A DNA stretch of 64,000 nucleotides, taken from positions 256,001 to 320,000 of the forward strand of contig CAVXZB010000084.1 in assembly GCA_963765895.1 (NCBI GenBank), in the 5' to 3' direction. Below the pieces are notes generated by a model. That model was not told the origin of the DNA and ran no database searches. It worked only from the letters and a program-made list of their open reading frames with translations. The first letter of the stretch is position 1, and the number at the start of each line of letters is the position of its first letter. The DNA is from an uncultured Nitrososphaeraceae archaeon. Its GTDB lineage: Archaea > Thermoproteota > Nitrososphaeria > Nitrososphaerales > Nitrososphaeraceae. The position numbers were made by a program, and so were the translations under genes. Of the stretch, positions 33,809 to 45,527 are shown in pieces.

Positions 33809-34436
33809 GTAGATTTTAATTCCACCTAAGTATTAGTATATTTGGCAACCAGAAAAGTCTATTCTTTAGAATTTTTGTAACATAGTAAAACGGATCGTAT
33901 TTGGGAAATCAATTACAAATTTAGAGATGCCTTTGATAATAACATCTGAAAAATCAGGCTACCGAAATCTTATTTTTGTTCCTAGTCTTAAATAGCTAAC
34001 TCATACAGATTTACTTATATATTGGAAGTCATATATATTATGTCTTCAGTCAATTCTGTTTTGACTTTTATCGAAAAGTAACTTATAAGAACCTACATCA
34101 ATACTAGTAGTAGTTACTAGTAAAGAACTGAACCTATGGCTAGATGTAATTTGACATACAAAAATGAAATGCGTATTTTGTTAAATAACTAGTTCATATT
34201 ATGCTGAATTCAAATCAATCGTTTGGAAATAAGATTAAGATTTGCAGAAATGATTATGCAATATAGTTTGAAGAATTAGAGATCTTTATTACCATGCGAC
34301 TATAATTAGATACTGTCATTCATAATTTATTCGTATATGAAACACAGTATGACTTTTGTATTAGGTATTAAAACTAGATCTCTACGAGGAAAATTAAAAG
34401 CAAACGTTTTCATTATAGTGATAGGTATATAGATTT

Positions 34437-35450
34437 GTGTATAACAGATCGTCATTGTACGAAGAATCCGACCATTTTAAGAGATCTGCAGGACACCTTA
34501 ATGTACAGAAGCAGGATATTTCAGCAAACGTAAGCGACCCTTCTGATACTAAGAATGTTTGTTCTCTTTGTAAAAGTAACCTTACTGTTTTTGATGCAGA
34601 GGTCTGTGAAATAGTCTGCAGTAATTGCGGTATGGTAATGTACGATAATATGCAATCTTTAGAGGCCGAATGGAGAGTCCATAAATTTGAAGATATAAAA
34701 TTGAAAGAGAGAACCGGAATGCCTACTTCGCTTGCTATTCATGATATGGGTCTGTCAACCCTTATATCAACCTTAAATGTTGACGCAAACGGGACTGCAC
34801 TCACCCAGGAACAAATTAACAAAGTAAAAACAATGCGTCGTTGGAACAGAATTTCTACGTTTAATAATAAGAGATCAGCTAGAAACTTAAATAGCGCATT
34901 TGAAATTATGTCTAGAATTAAAGACAAACTTTCCCTAACAGATGCAGCAATAGAAAAGGCTGCATACTATTACAGAAAAGCTCTGGATAAAAATTTGATA
35001 AAAGGCAGATCGATTGAGGGGATGGTCGTTGCTTCTGTATACGTTGCATGCAGGGAGATGAGCGTGCCTAGAACGCTTGACGAAATTTCTACTGTCATAA
35101 ATAGCGACCTCACATTTGTTAGCAGATGTTATCGCTTACTGGTTAGACACCTCAAACTTCAGTCGCTTCCAACCGTGCATATTAATAGCTATCTATCCAA
35201 GATAGCTAGCAAAGCTGGAACCAGCGAGAGAACATATAGGAGAGCACTTGAGATGTTAGCCATAGTAAACGAAGACCATATTGCTATAGGAAAGCATCCA
35301 AACGCATTGGCCGTTGCTGTGCTCTATGCCGCATGTATATTAGAAGGTGAAAGAATAACACAAGAACAGATGGCAGTAGCCGCCAACACAAGCATGGTAA
35401 CTTTAAGGAAGAGGTTTGCAGATATCAAGATGATTTTTCGTTTGCAGTAG
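34437..35450 (+). CDS. tfb: Transcription initiation factor IIB paralog
   Basis: CxxC..CxxCG Zn ribbon, EWR, RTGMP..LAIHDMGLST, IKGRS, ACR..PRTL.EI, GK.P..LA, TLRKRF. Confidence 0.93.
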   Translation: MYNRSSLYEESDHFKRSAGHLNVQKQDISANVSDPSDTKNVCSLCKSNLTVFDAEVCEIVCSNCGMVMYDNMQSLEAEWRVHKFEDIKLKERTGMPTSLAIHDMGLSTLISTLNVDANGTALTQEQINKVKTMRRWNRISTFNNKRSARNLNSAFEIMSRIKDKLSLTDAAIEKAAYYYRKALDKNLIKGRSIEGMVVASVYVACREMSVPRTLDEISTVINSDLTFVSRCYRLLVRHLKLQSLPTVHINSYLSKIASKAGTSERTYRRALEMLAIVNEDHIAIGKHPNALAVAVLYAACILEGERITQEQMAVAANTSMVTLRKRFADIKMIFRLQ

Positions 35451-36015
35451 ATTTTTTACGCGAATCTTTAGATTAGGGTTCATAGCGACGATTGGGATAT
35501 TTCTCAATCTCCTGGATAAATCAAGATATGAATCATTCTCTTAATTTTAATCCCATTGTAAGGAAAAGAAAAAGAAAATTACTCGCAATGTAGCATCAAT
35601 TTTGATGATTATCTACCTTCATTATAGTATTTAGTCCTTATAAGACAGCATTGTAAAGAGCAGAGGCGGCATCAATATCCTGTATAAATTTCTATTGAAT
35701 ATCAATATTAAAATAAATAGGAAGGACATGCGGGTTGGACGTGGATTCGTGTATCTACGATAAAAACAAAAATACGTATTAATTGGATATACCAAGATGA
35801 TATTATTAGATATTTCTTAAGGTTTTTGTTAGGAATTTAAAATATATCGACTGTAATCTAATTATATTATTTGCCAAAGACAGCAAAGTAGTTTGAGTGA
35901 GTGAACAGTAATGAGTCGTTAGCAGACATGTATTGATGATTACTGATTAGACTCCGCTGAGGAAAGCGAAGCTAAGTAGGGCCGTTGGAACTAAATTATT
36001 ATTCGATTTGGCCTT

Positions 36016-36552
36016 CTATTCCACATCTATTGATCTTTCGCCTGAGTACCGAATATTTTCATCAGCGTCTTTGCCAGTTTCTACCTTATGCAATTCCCGA
36101 GATAGAACCTGCTTGTATTTGACTCGTTCTTCAATGGTAATCTTATCCAGATTAGAACTTATTGCCGCGCCAATAGTAGAAGCTCTATCAATCAAATCTT
36201 GGGCCATAAATTTACCAGTATCGCCAACTTTGAGCATCACATCAAGCTGTTTTTTTACAATATTTCCAATAGAATTGATGTCAGCGGCCATTTCTACTCC
36301 CTTGGACGTAATCTTGTATCTACCATCGCCATCCTCTTTGATCAACCCCTCCTGGAGTAGTCTGCCTAGTATTGGATAGATCAGGCCTGGCGAAGGCTTC
36401 CACTTCCCGCTGCTTTGTAAACTGGCTCTGTTAATAATCTCTTTTCCGGACATGGGTTGTTCCTTCAATAGGTTTAAAATATAATATCTTGAAAATCCTC
36501 TTGGTATGGAGCTACCTACTTTTCCTAGCCACTTTGAAACAATTTCTTTCAT
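36016..36552 (-). CDS. PadR family transcriptional regulator
   Basis: RGF..YILNLL...MSG.EI, WKPSPGLIYP.L..L..EGLI, Y.IT.KG. Confidence 0.9.
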   Translation of the reverse strand: MKEIVSKWLGKVGSSIPRGFSRYYILNLLKEQPMSGKEIINRASLQSSGKWKPSPGLIYPILGRLLQEGLIKEDGDGRYKITSKGVEMAADINSIGNIVKKQLDVMLKVGDTGKFMAQDLIDRASTIGAAISSNLDKITIEERVKYKQVLSRELHKVETGKDADENIRYSGERSIDVE

Positions 36553-36555
36553 GTA

Positions 36556-36577
36556 TCGCTAGTAATATCTCTAGCGA
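36556..36577. promoter_or_regulatory. Inverted repeat TCGCTAG-N8-CTAGCGA, candidate PadR operator
   Basis: Perfect 7-bp arms lying between the padR start codon and a TATA-like element (36578-36586). Confidence 0.55.
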
Positions 36578-36707
36578 CATATTAAGTTTTGGACTTGGGT
36601 ACTGGGGCCGGAACCGGGTAGAACGCCAATGGGAAAATGGCTTAAGCTCAGCATAGATAGTAGCGTTGAACACATATTGCTTAATTTTCTAGCTGCACAA
36701 TTTGTGT

Positions 36708-37382
36708 TCAGTGAAGACCAAGCACTTGTTTGCGAGATAACGATATAGCTGCTATTATTATACCTGCAACTCCTGCACCAATGCCCACCATCGCAATCAT
36801 ATATGAACGATCTACAGAGCTTTTAATATCCGAAATTGATTTCTGGATATTTCCCATATTCTTAGCCAATGATTGGATATCAGCTTTAGATGACTCTACA
36901 TCGTTTGACATACCACTAATTATTGTCTGCAATTTTGGCCCTATATTGTTGCTCGTCGATTGTGTACCTGAAGTAATCACATTAGAGGTCGATGCATCTG
37001 GAAATGAGATCTTTTGTGTGGCTTCTACGATATCTAGTGGAATTTCTACGTTTGATATCTTCTCTCCTTGAATGGTGCCATTCATAATAAGACTATACGA
37101 ACCAACCCTAGTAGGCACTGTTTTAGATTCGTATTGACCCTCAGCCTGTTCAGAGGGGATAAAATCGACTGATTTTGTAATACTGCCGTATTTCTCCTTT
37201 ACATCTAGATCAGCAAGTGCGTCTATTACAGGTGATTCCTGTCCGCCGGCAGAAGTTTTATTGACAGCGACAATAATGTTATTAACTTGTGCAGTTAGTG
37301 GTGGCTCGTCAAACCAGCCAACTTCGACTTTGATGTTTCCAATCTGTTTCGTTATATGGGCATATACCGGTAGAATCAGCAT
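36708..37382 (-). CDS. Exported protein with C-terminal membrane anchor (signal peptide extends upstream of track start)
   Basis: PVYA|H cleavage-like site, VGW..EPP, coiled coil, C-terminal TM GIGAGVAGIIIA. Confidence 0.7.
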   Translation of the reverse strand: MLILPVYAHITKQIGNIKVEVGWFDEPPLTAQVNNIIVAVNKTSAGGQESPVIDALADLDVKEKYGSITKSVDFIPSEQAEGQYESKTVPTRVGSYSLIMNGTIQGEKISNVEIPLDIVEATQKISFPDASTSNVITSGTQSTSNNIGPKLQTIISGMSNDVESSKADIQSLAKNMGNIQKSISDIKSSVDRSYMIAMVGIGAGVAGIIIAAISLSRKQVLGLH

Positions 37383-37671
37383 GTTAGAAACATAACGCGC
37401 ACCAAGAGCAGATATTATTAGAATACTGATAAGAAATGTAAGTAGACAAATACCAAATTTGTTTAAAATGTCATAAATAATTATGTATGACCCCTGCTAA
37501 GAAGGAGTTCTATCATCCTATAAATTTATTGGTTCATTCGTCGAATGTTAGAAATAAATTCTCAAATACTATAAATTCCAAAGTTTTCTACATAATTGGA
37601 GGTGTCTGCAAACGACTGATGAAGTCAGTGTCCTGTCAGGTAAACATACGAAGTATGTTTTTGCCCTTATA

Positions 37672-40600
37672 ATGTTGACCGTATCATTTTCGATTTCGAT
37701 TCTGATCCTCACTCCATCGTTGATCCAGAAAACATACGGACATGCATTTGTAATTAATAGCGACCCCTCACCCTCACAACTATTAAAAACGCCACCAGCA
37801 AATATACAGGTATCGTTAAGCGAGCCCGTTGATGTGCGCTATAGCAAGATTTCAGTATTGGACTCTACTGGAAAGGAGGTTGATAGGAAAGACGCACATT
37901 ATGTGAAGGGCGACCATACTCTATTAGGCGTCTCCCTGCCGACTTCAGTTAAAGACGGAGTGTATACGGTTTCTACGAAAATGTTATCGGAAGTAGATGG
38001 GCATGTCACAGATAACGCCTTCGTATTTGGAGTTGGTAAGGCAATTATTCCAGTTACTAATGCAGGCTCTGTCACTGGGGTAGAGTCGCAACTATCTATT
38101 CCTGATGCCCTAGCAAGATTCCCTTCGCTAGTAGGTCAGGTGATCGTAGTAGGTGGAGCATTTCTGGCCTTGTGGATATGGAAGCCAATAACTAGAATTG
38201 ACTGGCTGTTTACATCTTTCACAAGAACAAAATATAGAATTGATCGAAGTTTTTATATTTTGATGCTTGTTGGCTCATTAATTCTGATTTTCTCAGATAT
38301 TGCAATGATATCTGTACAAGCTGTGTCCATAAACGCAACGATTGGTGAAGCCATTTCTACCAAATTTGGAAGTGTCTGGATCGTTAGAACGATTCTTTCT
38401 TTGGTATTAGCTGGCATGTCCATTCTATGCTGTTATAGGCAAGGAATTTTGAGACTCAAAATAAGAAATATTGGAAGTAAGAATGAGGCCCGTGAGTCGA
38501 GCATTTTCTCAAATCGCCTTTCAAAAAGAGTAGTCATTAGCTTCATGATATTAGGCACTCTGACATTGTTTACTACAAGTCTAATAAGTCATGGTGCAGC
38601 CGTGTCTGGAAACGCCATTACATCCATTATAATTGATTTTATCCACAATTTCGGAGCTTCACTTTGGATCGGTGGTCTAATATATCTTGCTTTTATAATA
38701 TCACCCAGGATAAAAAGAGCAAGTTTGGACGAACAGACAAAAGCTTCGATCTTATCAATAATACTTCCTAGGTTTTCCACCGTCCCAGTAACTGTTCTTG
38801 GAGTAATCGTAATAACAGGACCATTTTTGTTGTACATATTGGAAAGCAATCTAGCATTGACCTTGGCTTCTTTCTATGGAAAAGTACTGATCATTAAGTT
38901 ATCATTAGCGGCAGGAATGATAGCCATTGGAGGTTTCAATCAGGCAAGAATTTATCCTCAAGCCCTGAAGGAATCGACAATCGTTGCTATTAAAGCGACT
39001 CTGGAGAGAAGTAGCAGAAAAATTGGCGGGAACAAAAGAACATTCAAGCGATATTTTAGCATGGATACAGATTCAGTTGAGAATTTAACTACCCCAAAAG
39101 AAAATGAGAGCATTACAGATAAAGGAGAATATTTCAATACCCCATCTCCAGCAACTACAACAGCAATATCTAAATTTAATAAGACTACGAAAATAGAAGC
39201 GTTAATTGGAATAGCACTACTTCTGGCAGTAGCGATTATGGTCAATAGTGGGTTACCTGACAGTGAATTTCAGAGTGTGATACAGCAACAGAAGGCAGCA
39301 ATATCAAAATGGTCAGGCTTTGCTTGCACAAACTGCCAACAAGCCATTTACCTCAACGAGTTTTACGCAAGACGGAGATATTATTAGCCTCTCTATAGAT
39401 CCATTGGCACCAGGTAGTAACAATTTCCAAATCAAATTCTTGAATTCAACGTGGATCCCAATAGATATTAGCTCAGCAAAGATGAGACTAACTCAGACTG
39501 AAAAGGGAATTGGGCCAATTGAAGTCGATACCAGACGAGTGGCTTCTGCAATTAATGAATTTTCGACTAGTGCATCCTTTGGAATACCGGGAAAATGGGA
39601 AATACAGATTGAGGGAACGCCCAAAAAAGAAAACGCACCCAATATTGTAGGCACTTTTGATCTGTTAGTCAAGCCTCCTCTTGATCAGACAAAATTCAAT
39701 GTTCATGAATTTCATATACCTTCAAACATGAATGGTAATAGTTCTGCAACCCAGCCGCTTTATCCGGTATATGACAAAAGCAGAAATGTGATATGGGTCG
39801 GTGATACATCCATCGGTAGCGGAAGGTTATTGGCATTTAATTTAAGTAGTGGAAAGTATTATTCTCATAGCCTTATCGGGACAAGCATAGTTACAAGTAT
39901 TGCCCTAGACTCAAATCACAATAACGATATATGGTATATTGATCCGTTGAACAAGAACCTCGGAAATTTTGATCCCAATACCAATACTAATACTCTCTAT
40001 CGAATAAAGAGCCAAGGACCCCCATCTGGTGTTACAATATCCAATAGCGTCAATAATAGTACAGTTTCTAATATCTGGATATCACTGCCCGTGGACAATG
40101 AGTTATTAAGATTCAATCCACAAACTAAGAATTTTACCAATTATCGCATACCTACCCCGAATTCTGGTGCCTTAGGTATAGCCGCTGATAACAGTGGCTT
40201 AATTTGGTTTGCGGAGGCTGGTTCAGGAAAGTTGGGAAGTATTGATACTAACAGAAACTTCAAGATAACCGAATATCCTTCAAGTGGTAAAGATATTAAC
40301 AATAGCTCATTGAAGAGTCCAACGGCGATTCTTATCGATCCAGACACTGACAATATATATATCTCAGAACATGATGGCCATGCTATAACTGTTTTTGATC
40401 CAGTATTAAAGACATTCAAGCGATATCCTGAACTAAATCCTAAAGGGCTGCCATTTGGAATGGCGCTAGATGGTTATCATAATTTGTGGATTGCAGAACA
40501 TGTAATAAATAAAATATCTGTTATCGATACTACGACCGGAGAACATAAGGACATTAACATTCCAACAACTAACCCATTCACTCAATGGTTAACTGCCGAC

Positions 40601-40915
40601 ACTAATGGAAATATATGGTTTGCCGAACAAAGAGGTAATTCACTTGGCACGGTAAGTGCTATTGCAGGCCAGTTACAAGCGAGTTCCAGCCCAAGTCAAG
40701 CAACATCACCCAATAGCACAAATAGTGTATCAAATTCTAAAAATAACGCCATTCCTCAATTGAGCTTCAGTTATGCGGATATCATAGGGCCAGGTGTCGC
40801 TGCTGGTATTATATTTTGTGCAATATTTTATGCTAGAAGCATAGTAGACCTAAAAAAGAGTATGAGTCAGCTGACCAGAATAAACAATACTGAAATCGAT
40901 AAAAAGAAGGCGTAA
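37672..40915 (+). CDS. CopC-CopD-Ig-like-Vgb/NHL beta-propeller fusion (split by +1 frameshift near 39310)
   Basis: YG|HAF..SDP and S.VDGH (CopC), SHGAA/H..GAS.WIGGL/RFS/YG.VL.IK (CopD), PGKWEI, repeated IWFAE/P.G propeller blades, C-terminal TM. Confidence 0.8.
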
Positions 40916-41481
40916 TAGCATTTGATGTAATATATAGCATCAATAGTAGAGAGTTCTTCCTAATCCTAGTTAAATCTGGTGTATCCGATCCTACACGGGG
41001 TATTAAACTATATTTCCCTTCGAATTTTAGTGTATTAATGAAACAATTTTTACAATAATAAATCCAAGCCGCAGAATCTAATCTACTGTCTAACGTAATT
41101 CTGTGTAACTGCAAAGTGTTTAACTAATAGTAGACGGCTTGATTAATTTGAGGAATTTATGTTAATGTATAATTTGAAACCACATAGTGTATATGATGAA
41201 GGAATTTAGAAATCAGACGTGCACTTCAACTTTCAATATTCGGATAAACACTTCATCTCAATACGTATCATGGATAAGCAATTATTATTCAGGATAATTC
41301 AGCTGACTATTAGTAAAGGGTTGGGAACAAGAATGGTAGTTACCAAGTCGTTGTTGATATATATAATTATGATTAAATTAATCAAGACAAGACTCTAGGA
41401 GATAATAACCTGGCACAAATGCACCGAACCTAAAGCAGATAAAAACAAAGTTTAAAAGAGCAGAATGCCAAGGAAGTTATA

Positions 41482-42222
41482 TTGTTCTTCAAGATCATGT
41501 TGTTTAGTATTATTGTACTGTTCGCATTTCTTACCTTTGCTACGATTGAAGCTGGCCACCCTAGCAATGAAGTTGAAGGAAAAAAATCATCTAAGCATAC
41601 GTCTGATCGGAACAGTAACGAGCTATCAGATAATGAGCCGTCTATTCAAATCTGCTGTAGCTGGGCTGCCAATAGGATTAGTGATGAAGGCCTGACATAT
41701 AGGATCATAGGTGGGAACGCTATGGCTGGACAAGCGGTGCGCAGTGCTATCGACGATTGGACTAAATATATTGATGGTCTAAAGTTCACTGAACTTGACT
41801 CATCTGATAATAGCGCAGACATAACCCTAAAGTTTAATTCAAAATTTTCCCAAGATGGCAATGTACGACATATGAAATTGGCTGATAAAGGAATCAATCT
41901 AAAGGCTATTGCGCCTGGAGCAACGCGAATTAATTATAATCTTCAAAATGGCGAGATCACTAACGCCGTAACGACTGTATCGAAATCTATTTTTGGCGAA
42001 AAATTAGATTTCGATACAACTGAGCAGATTGCAAAACATGAGTTAGGACATGCGCTTGGTTTAGGCCATGCCAATTTCAGCGGTGACCTAATGTCTCCTA
42101 CACTAAACGACGAATCAAAATCTATCTCGAATTGTGATATCGACGCGGTTTTGAATGCCAATCACATGTTAAAGGATGAAAATAGCAAAAGTACTTCGGG
42201 TAATTCATTTAGATGTTCTTAG
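41482..42222 (+). CDS. Secreted matrixin-family (M10/metzincin) zinc metalloprotease
   Basis: Signal peptide, HELGHALGLGH, Met-turn DLMSP. Confidence 0.88.
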   Translation: MFFKIMLFSIIVLFAFLTFATIEAGHPSNEVEGKKSSKHTSDRNSNELSDNEPSIQICCSWAANRISDEGLTYRIIGGNAMAGQAVRSAIDDWTKYIDGLKFTELDSSDNSADITLKFNSKFSQDGNVRHMKLADKGINLKAIAPGATRINYNLQNGEITNAVTTVSKSIFGEKLDFDTTEQIAKHELGHALGLGHANFSGDLMSPTLNDESKSISNCDIDAVLNANHMLKDENSKSTSGNSFRCS

Positions 42223-42291
42223 AACTTTGAGGGAAGACACTTTAGCGATATTTGGTAAAATTGAATCCAAGGCACGAACTGTATATTCTAA

Positions 42292-42768
42292 TTGCATGAT
42301 AAAACAATGGAATTGCAAATAAGAAAAAGAGATTACGAGGAATCCGTGGGTGCAGTAATTTCGTACGCTCCGAAACATGAATTGTCTCGGAGCTCATTAT
42401 CTAGACTACAATGCAAATCTAGACAGTTTTTGCTAATGAAAAGTCCAAGAGGAGATTGGAATTTTGTTAAGGGTCATAGAGAGAATGGAGAAACAGACTA
42501 TCAAACGCTCAGAAGAGAAATTCAGGAAGAGACAGGTATCAGGAGATTCGCAGTTTTAAACTATCTTGGCGATGTAAACTATACCTTCCTGAAGAAGGAC
42601 ACAGAGATTGAAAAGGTGGTAAAGTTCTATCATGTTGGTACGTTTAATTCTCAAATAACAATCTCTCAAGAACACGTTGATTACGCATGGCTTGGATATA
42701 AGCAGGCTAAAGCACTTCTGACTTTTTGGCAATCAAAAGACATCCTCGAAAAAGTTTCTGAGATATGA
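42292..42768 (+). CDS. NUDIX hydrolase (Ap4A hydrolase-like)
   Basis: W.FVKGH.E.GE...T..REI.EETG Nudix box; S.EH..YAW. Confidence 0.88.
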   Translation: MHDKTMELQIRKRDYEESVGAVISYAPKHELSRSSLSRLQCKSRQFLLMKSPRGDWNFVKGHRENGETDYQTLRREIQEETGIRRFAVLNYLGDVNYTFLKKDTEIEKVVKFYHVGTFNSQITISQEHVDYAWLGYKQAKALLTFWQSKDILEKVSEI

Positions 42769-43064
42769 ATAAAGAAGTTTTCATCATCGGTAAGACCGTA
42801 GCGTCTTGCTTGTTAACTTTATTCGTATCAAAGTTCATATCATCGATAATTGTTAATTCCTTGTCTAATGTATTTGTCTAATTATCACTTATGATTATCA
42901 ATAGAGATAGTCTCTCTAGCAGTATTAATTTTATTATAATTCTCAAGATTAATAACAATATATATATAAAAACTTGGTATTGATTGAATACCCTATAATA
43001 TTAATAATAATTCTGTTAACAGAATCTTTAAGTAATATACTGACTTGATAGATAATGAACTAAC

Positions 43065-43628
43065 ATGGCACAGATGCCAGCACTAATTCCTAAAGAAGTA
43101 GAAATACAGAGACTGAAAAAGATATACATAATGGTCATTATGCTTGGTTCAATCGCAGCATCAGTAGAAGTAGACAATTTCGTTGATGGATCACTACATC
43201 AAACAGCTATTAGAGATAGCGCATTTACACCAGCTCACTGGTGGTTGTACAGTCACTTTATCGCTCTCCCATTAGGATGGGGATTTGTGGCAATGTACGA
43301 CAGAAGAGTGCCTATTCTAAGAGGACCAAATAACTCAATGAATACGGGCTTGAAGATAACTATCATCGGTTATCTAGCAACGATGTTTACGATTGGCATA
43401 AATGAACTGTGGCACTTCTGGTTCGTCGAAGAGATATTTTCAGTACCTAACCACTGGATGTTTAACATGGGAGTCGTAGTTGCTTTCATGGGAGCTCTTG
43501 CATATGTAGTGAGAGTTTACGCACGTTTAGTGGAGTTAGGGGCAGAAACGCCAGCAAGGAACCCATATGTAGCTGAAATGTACAAGCTAGCACTAGAAGG
43601 TAAATTATATAGTAGGTCCATCCCGTAA
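43065..43628 (+). CDS. amoC: Ammonia monooxygenase subunit C
   Basis: MAQMPALIPKEVEIQRLKK, VDGSLHQT, FTPAHWWLYSHF, NELWHFWFVEEIFSVPNHW. Confidence 0.98.
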   Translation: MAQMPALIPKEVEIQRLKKIYIMVIMLGSIAASVEVDNFVDGSLHQTAIRDSAFTPAHWWLYSHFIALPLGWGFVAMYDRRVPILRGPNNSMNTGLKITIIGYLATMFTIGINELWHFWFVEEIFSVPNHWMFNMGVVVAFMGALAYVVRVYARLVELGAETPARNPYVAEMYKLALEGKLYSRSIP

Positions 43629-43669
43629 TACGACGATATTGAGTTCAAACCGACCGTAAGTCAAAAGTA

Positions 43670-43690
43670 TCCATTCTCCTTTTTTTGAAA
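43670..43690 (+). terminator. Oligo-T archaeal terminator after amoC
   Basis: CCATTCTCCTTTTTTTG about 45 bp after stop. Confidence 0.45.
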
Positions 43691-44054
43691 TTAGAGAAAT
43701 TAGATTTAAGTGTTCAAAAGTTATTATAGCTTCCAGTTTAGGCTTTTGTGCAATAGCAGTACCTGATTTCATACGAATTGATATATCATTGCTGGTCCAG
43801 AATCCTGTAGCCAGGAATTCAATCATTCCACATTCATATCTTATCTGAACAAATAATAATAACAATAATAATAATTTAGAACGGCTTCGCTCAAAACGCA
43901 GCAAACTCAATTGCAATTAATTAAAGTCCCAATTGGAAGCGTTTCAACTATTAATATTTACCAATCAGATTTGTTGATATTTGTTCTTCTATCGGAGCAG
44001 AGATCGATATGTGATTGATAAGATGAGTCCTCATATATTTGATAACTGCCTTAC

Positions 44055-44315
44055 TTATTTAACACTGGTGCTGCTCAATTCATCAATATTATTGTAGAGA
44101 TCCAGATATTGTATCCCCTTGGTGGTTGTTTTATAGACTTGATTAATTTCTTCATATTGTAGCAGATCGTTTTGTGACAGTATCAAAAGATATTCCTTAA
44201 GTTGGGCAAAGGATAAGAAGGCTTTATACATAATCTTAGTCTTGGTAGATCCACCTTCCTTGTTTGCACTTTCTAAAATCATTGCAATTATATCGGTTCT
44301 GCTCCTATATTTCAA
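44055..44315 (-). CDS. Small winged-helix protein (archaeal HTH_45/DUF4364-like)
   Basis: KYRSRTDII..IL, TKTKIMYKAFLS..QLKEYL, YKTT.KG. Confidence 0.85.
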   Translation of the reverse strand: MKYRSRTDIIAMILESANKEGGSTKTKIMYKAFLSFAQLKEYLLILSQNDLLQYEEINQVYKTTTKGIQYLDLYNNIDELSSTSVK

Positions 44316-44649
44316 GTGGCCAACTATAATTTAGATAATAACTATTTATGATATGCTAACATAATTACCTAGCTTCATTTAAATCTCTATCTTACGTATT
44401 TATATTAGATAAGATTTCTATTCCATTTACTTAATTGTATTTCTTCTCGATTTGAGTATTTGGCTAAAGAATAAGGAAATAACATTAATTGGTTTAGCCA
44501 GTTCCCAGATTGTCGTTTATAATACACACTTTATCGTATTGATCTAGTGCATGATACTGTCTAGATCTCTCATTTTGTCATTAGTCATGCAGTGGCAAAT
44601 GGGCTGGGTCCGGGGACCTGATTACATGAATATTCGGTACCTATTCGAA

Positions 44650-44856
44650 CTAGTATGAATGATATTCCAATTTATGAAGCCTTAGCTGTTTGAGAGTGGC
44701 AAATAGTTTACAGCATTTTTCACATTTCCACTGATTTGCTCTAGCCTGCTCGTAACTTGAATAAGTTGCCTCCTTGCTCTCGTACCTCTTTGTTTTAAAA
44801 TTGTATGTATAATGATTATAATTAACCTTATATTTTAACTTCGTTAAGTCTACCAT
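44650..44856 (-). CDS. Small C2H2 zinc-finger protein
   Basis: WKCEKCCKLF...KQLRLHKLEYHSY. Confidence 0.75.
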   Translation of the reverse strand: MVDLTKLKYKVNYNHYTYNFKTKRYESKEATYSSYEQARANQWKCEKCCKLFATLKQLRLHKLEYHSY

Positions 44857-45527
44857 GCTTTACTTTTATACATAGTACCATCTTAAAAATCAATATGCTA
44901 CTTCTCTAAATAACATTATGCAGTAACAAACTATTATTCTATTGTTACTTGGTTATCTTTCAATCAGATGATTTTTTTATCGCACAAGTATTGGTCTTCT
45001 TTTCATCCTATAACGTAGGAGAAGGGCTAATTAGATGTGAATTCTCGCAGACAAGTTAACCAAATTATAGTCAAACTTTAGTACTGATATTTAGATAAGT
45101 AAACTTTTTTCAGGCTAGTTAATTTTGACTGTTCTAAATCTGAATCTTAGTTTGTAACCAAGACACAATAATTGATTCTGTCATGAGGACTAAGACGAGG
45201 TAAGTTGTATTTACGATGCCAACTAGGATGCAGATGACCGTTAGCGTACATCGCAACATTTCGTACTCATTAAACAAAGAAGTTTTATGGTACAGTATAT
45301 GAATATTTGGCGTCAATTTGTAGATTTTGCGTATATCTAAGCAGTAATATTCATCATACATATAGCTCAGTAAGTGCATTAGGTAAGGTGTGGCGTACTG
45401 AAGATCAGATATACAGTATTGCAAACATACGTTTCAGGGAGGATGAAACAAACGTCATTAACGAACAAGATAAATAAAAAAAGATCTTCTTCTGAATCGA
45501 AGAATTACCAAATATAGTGACATGTAA

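Noticed and set aside
35895-35990. TGATGA...CTGA boxes and GCTGAGGAAAGCG resembling a C/D sRNA, RNase P RNA or ribozyme core
   Set aside because: Box spacing is atypical, the RNase P GAGGAAAGTCC motif is incomplete and no supporting helices were found; would need an Infernal search
43853-43876. (AAT/AAC)n run, plus TTAG runs near 63035 and 63125
   Set aside because: Simple low-complexity sequence expected in AT-rich spacers
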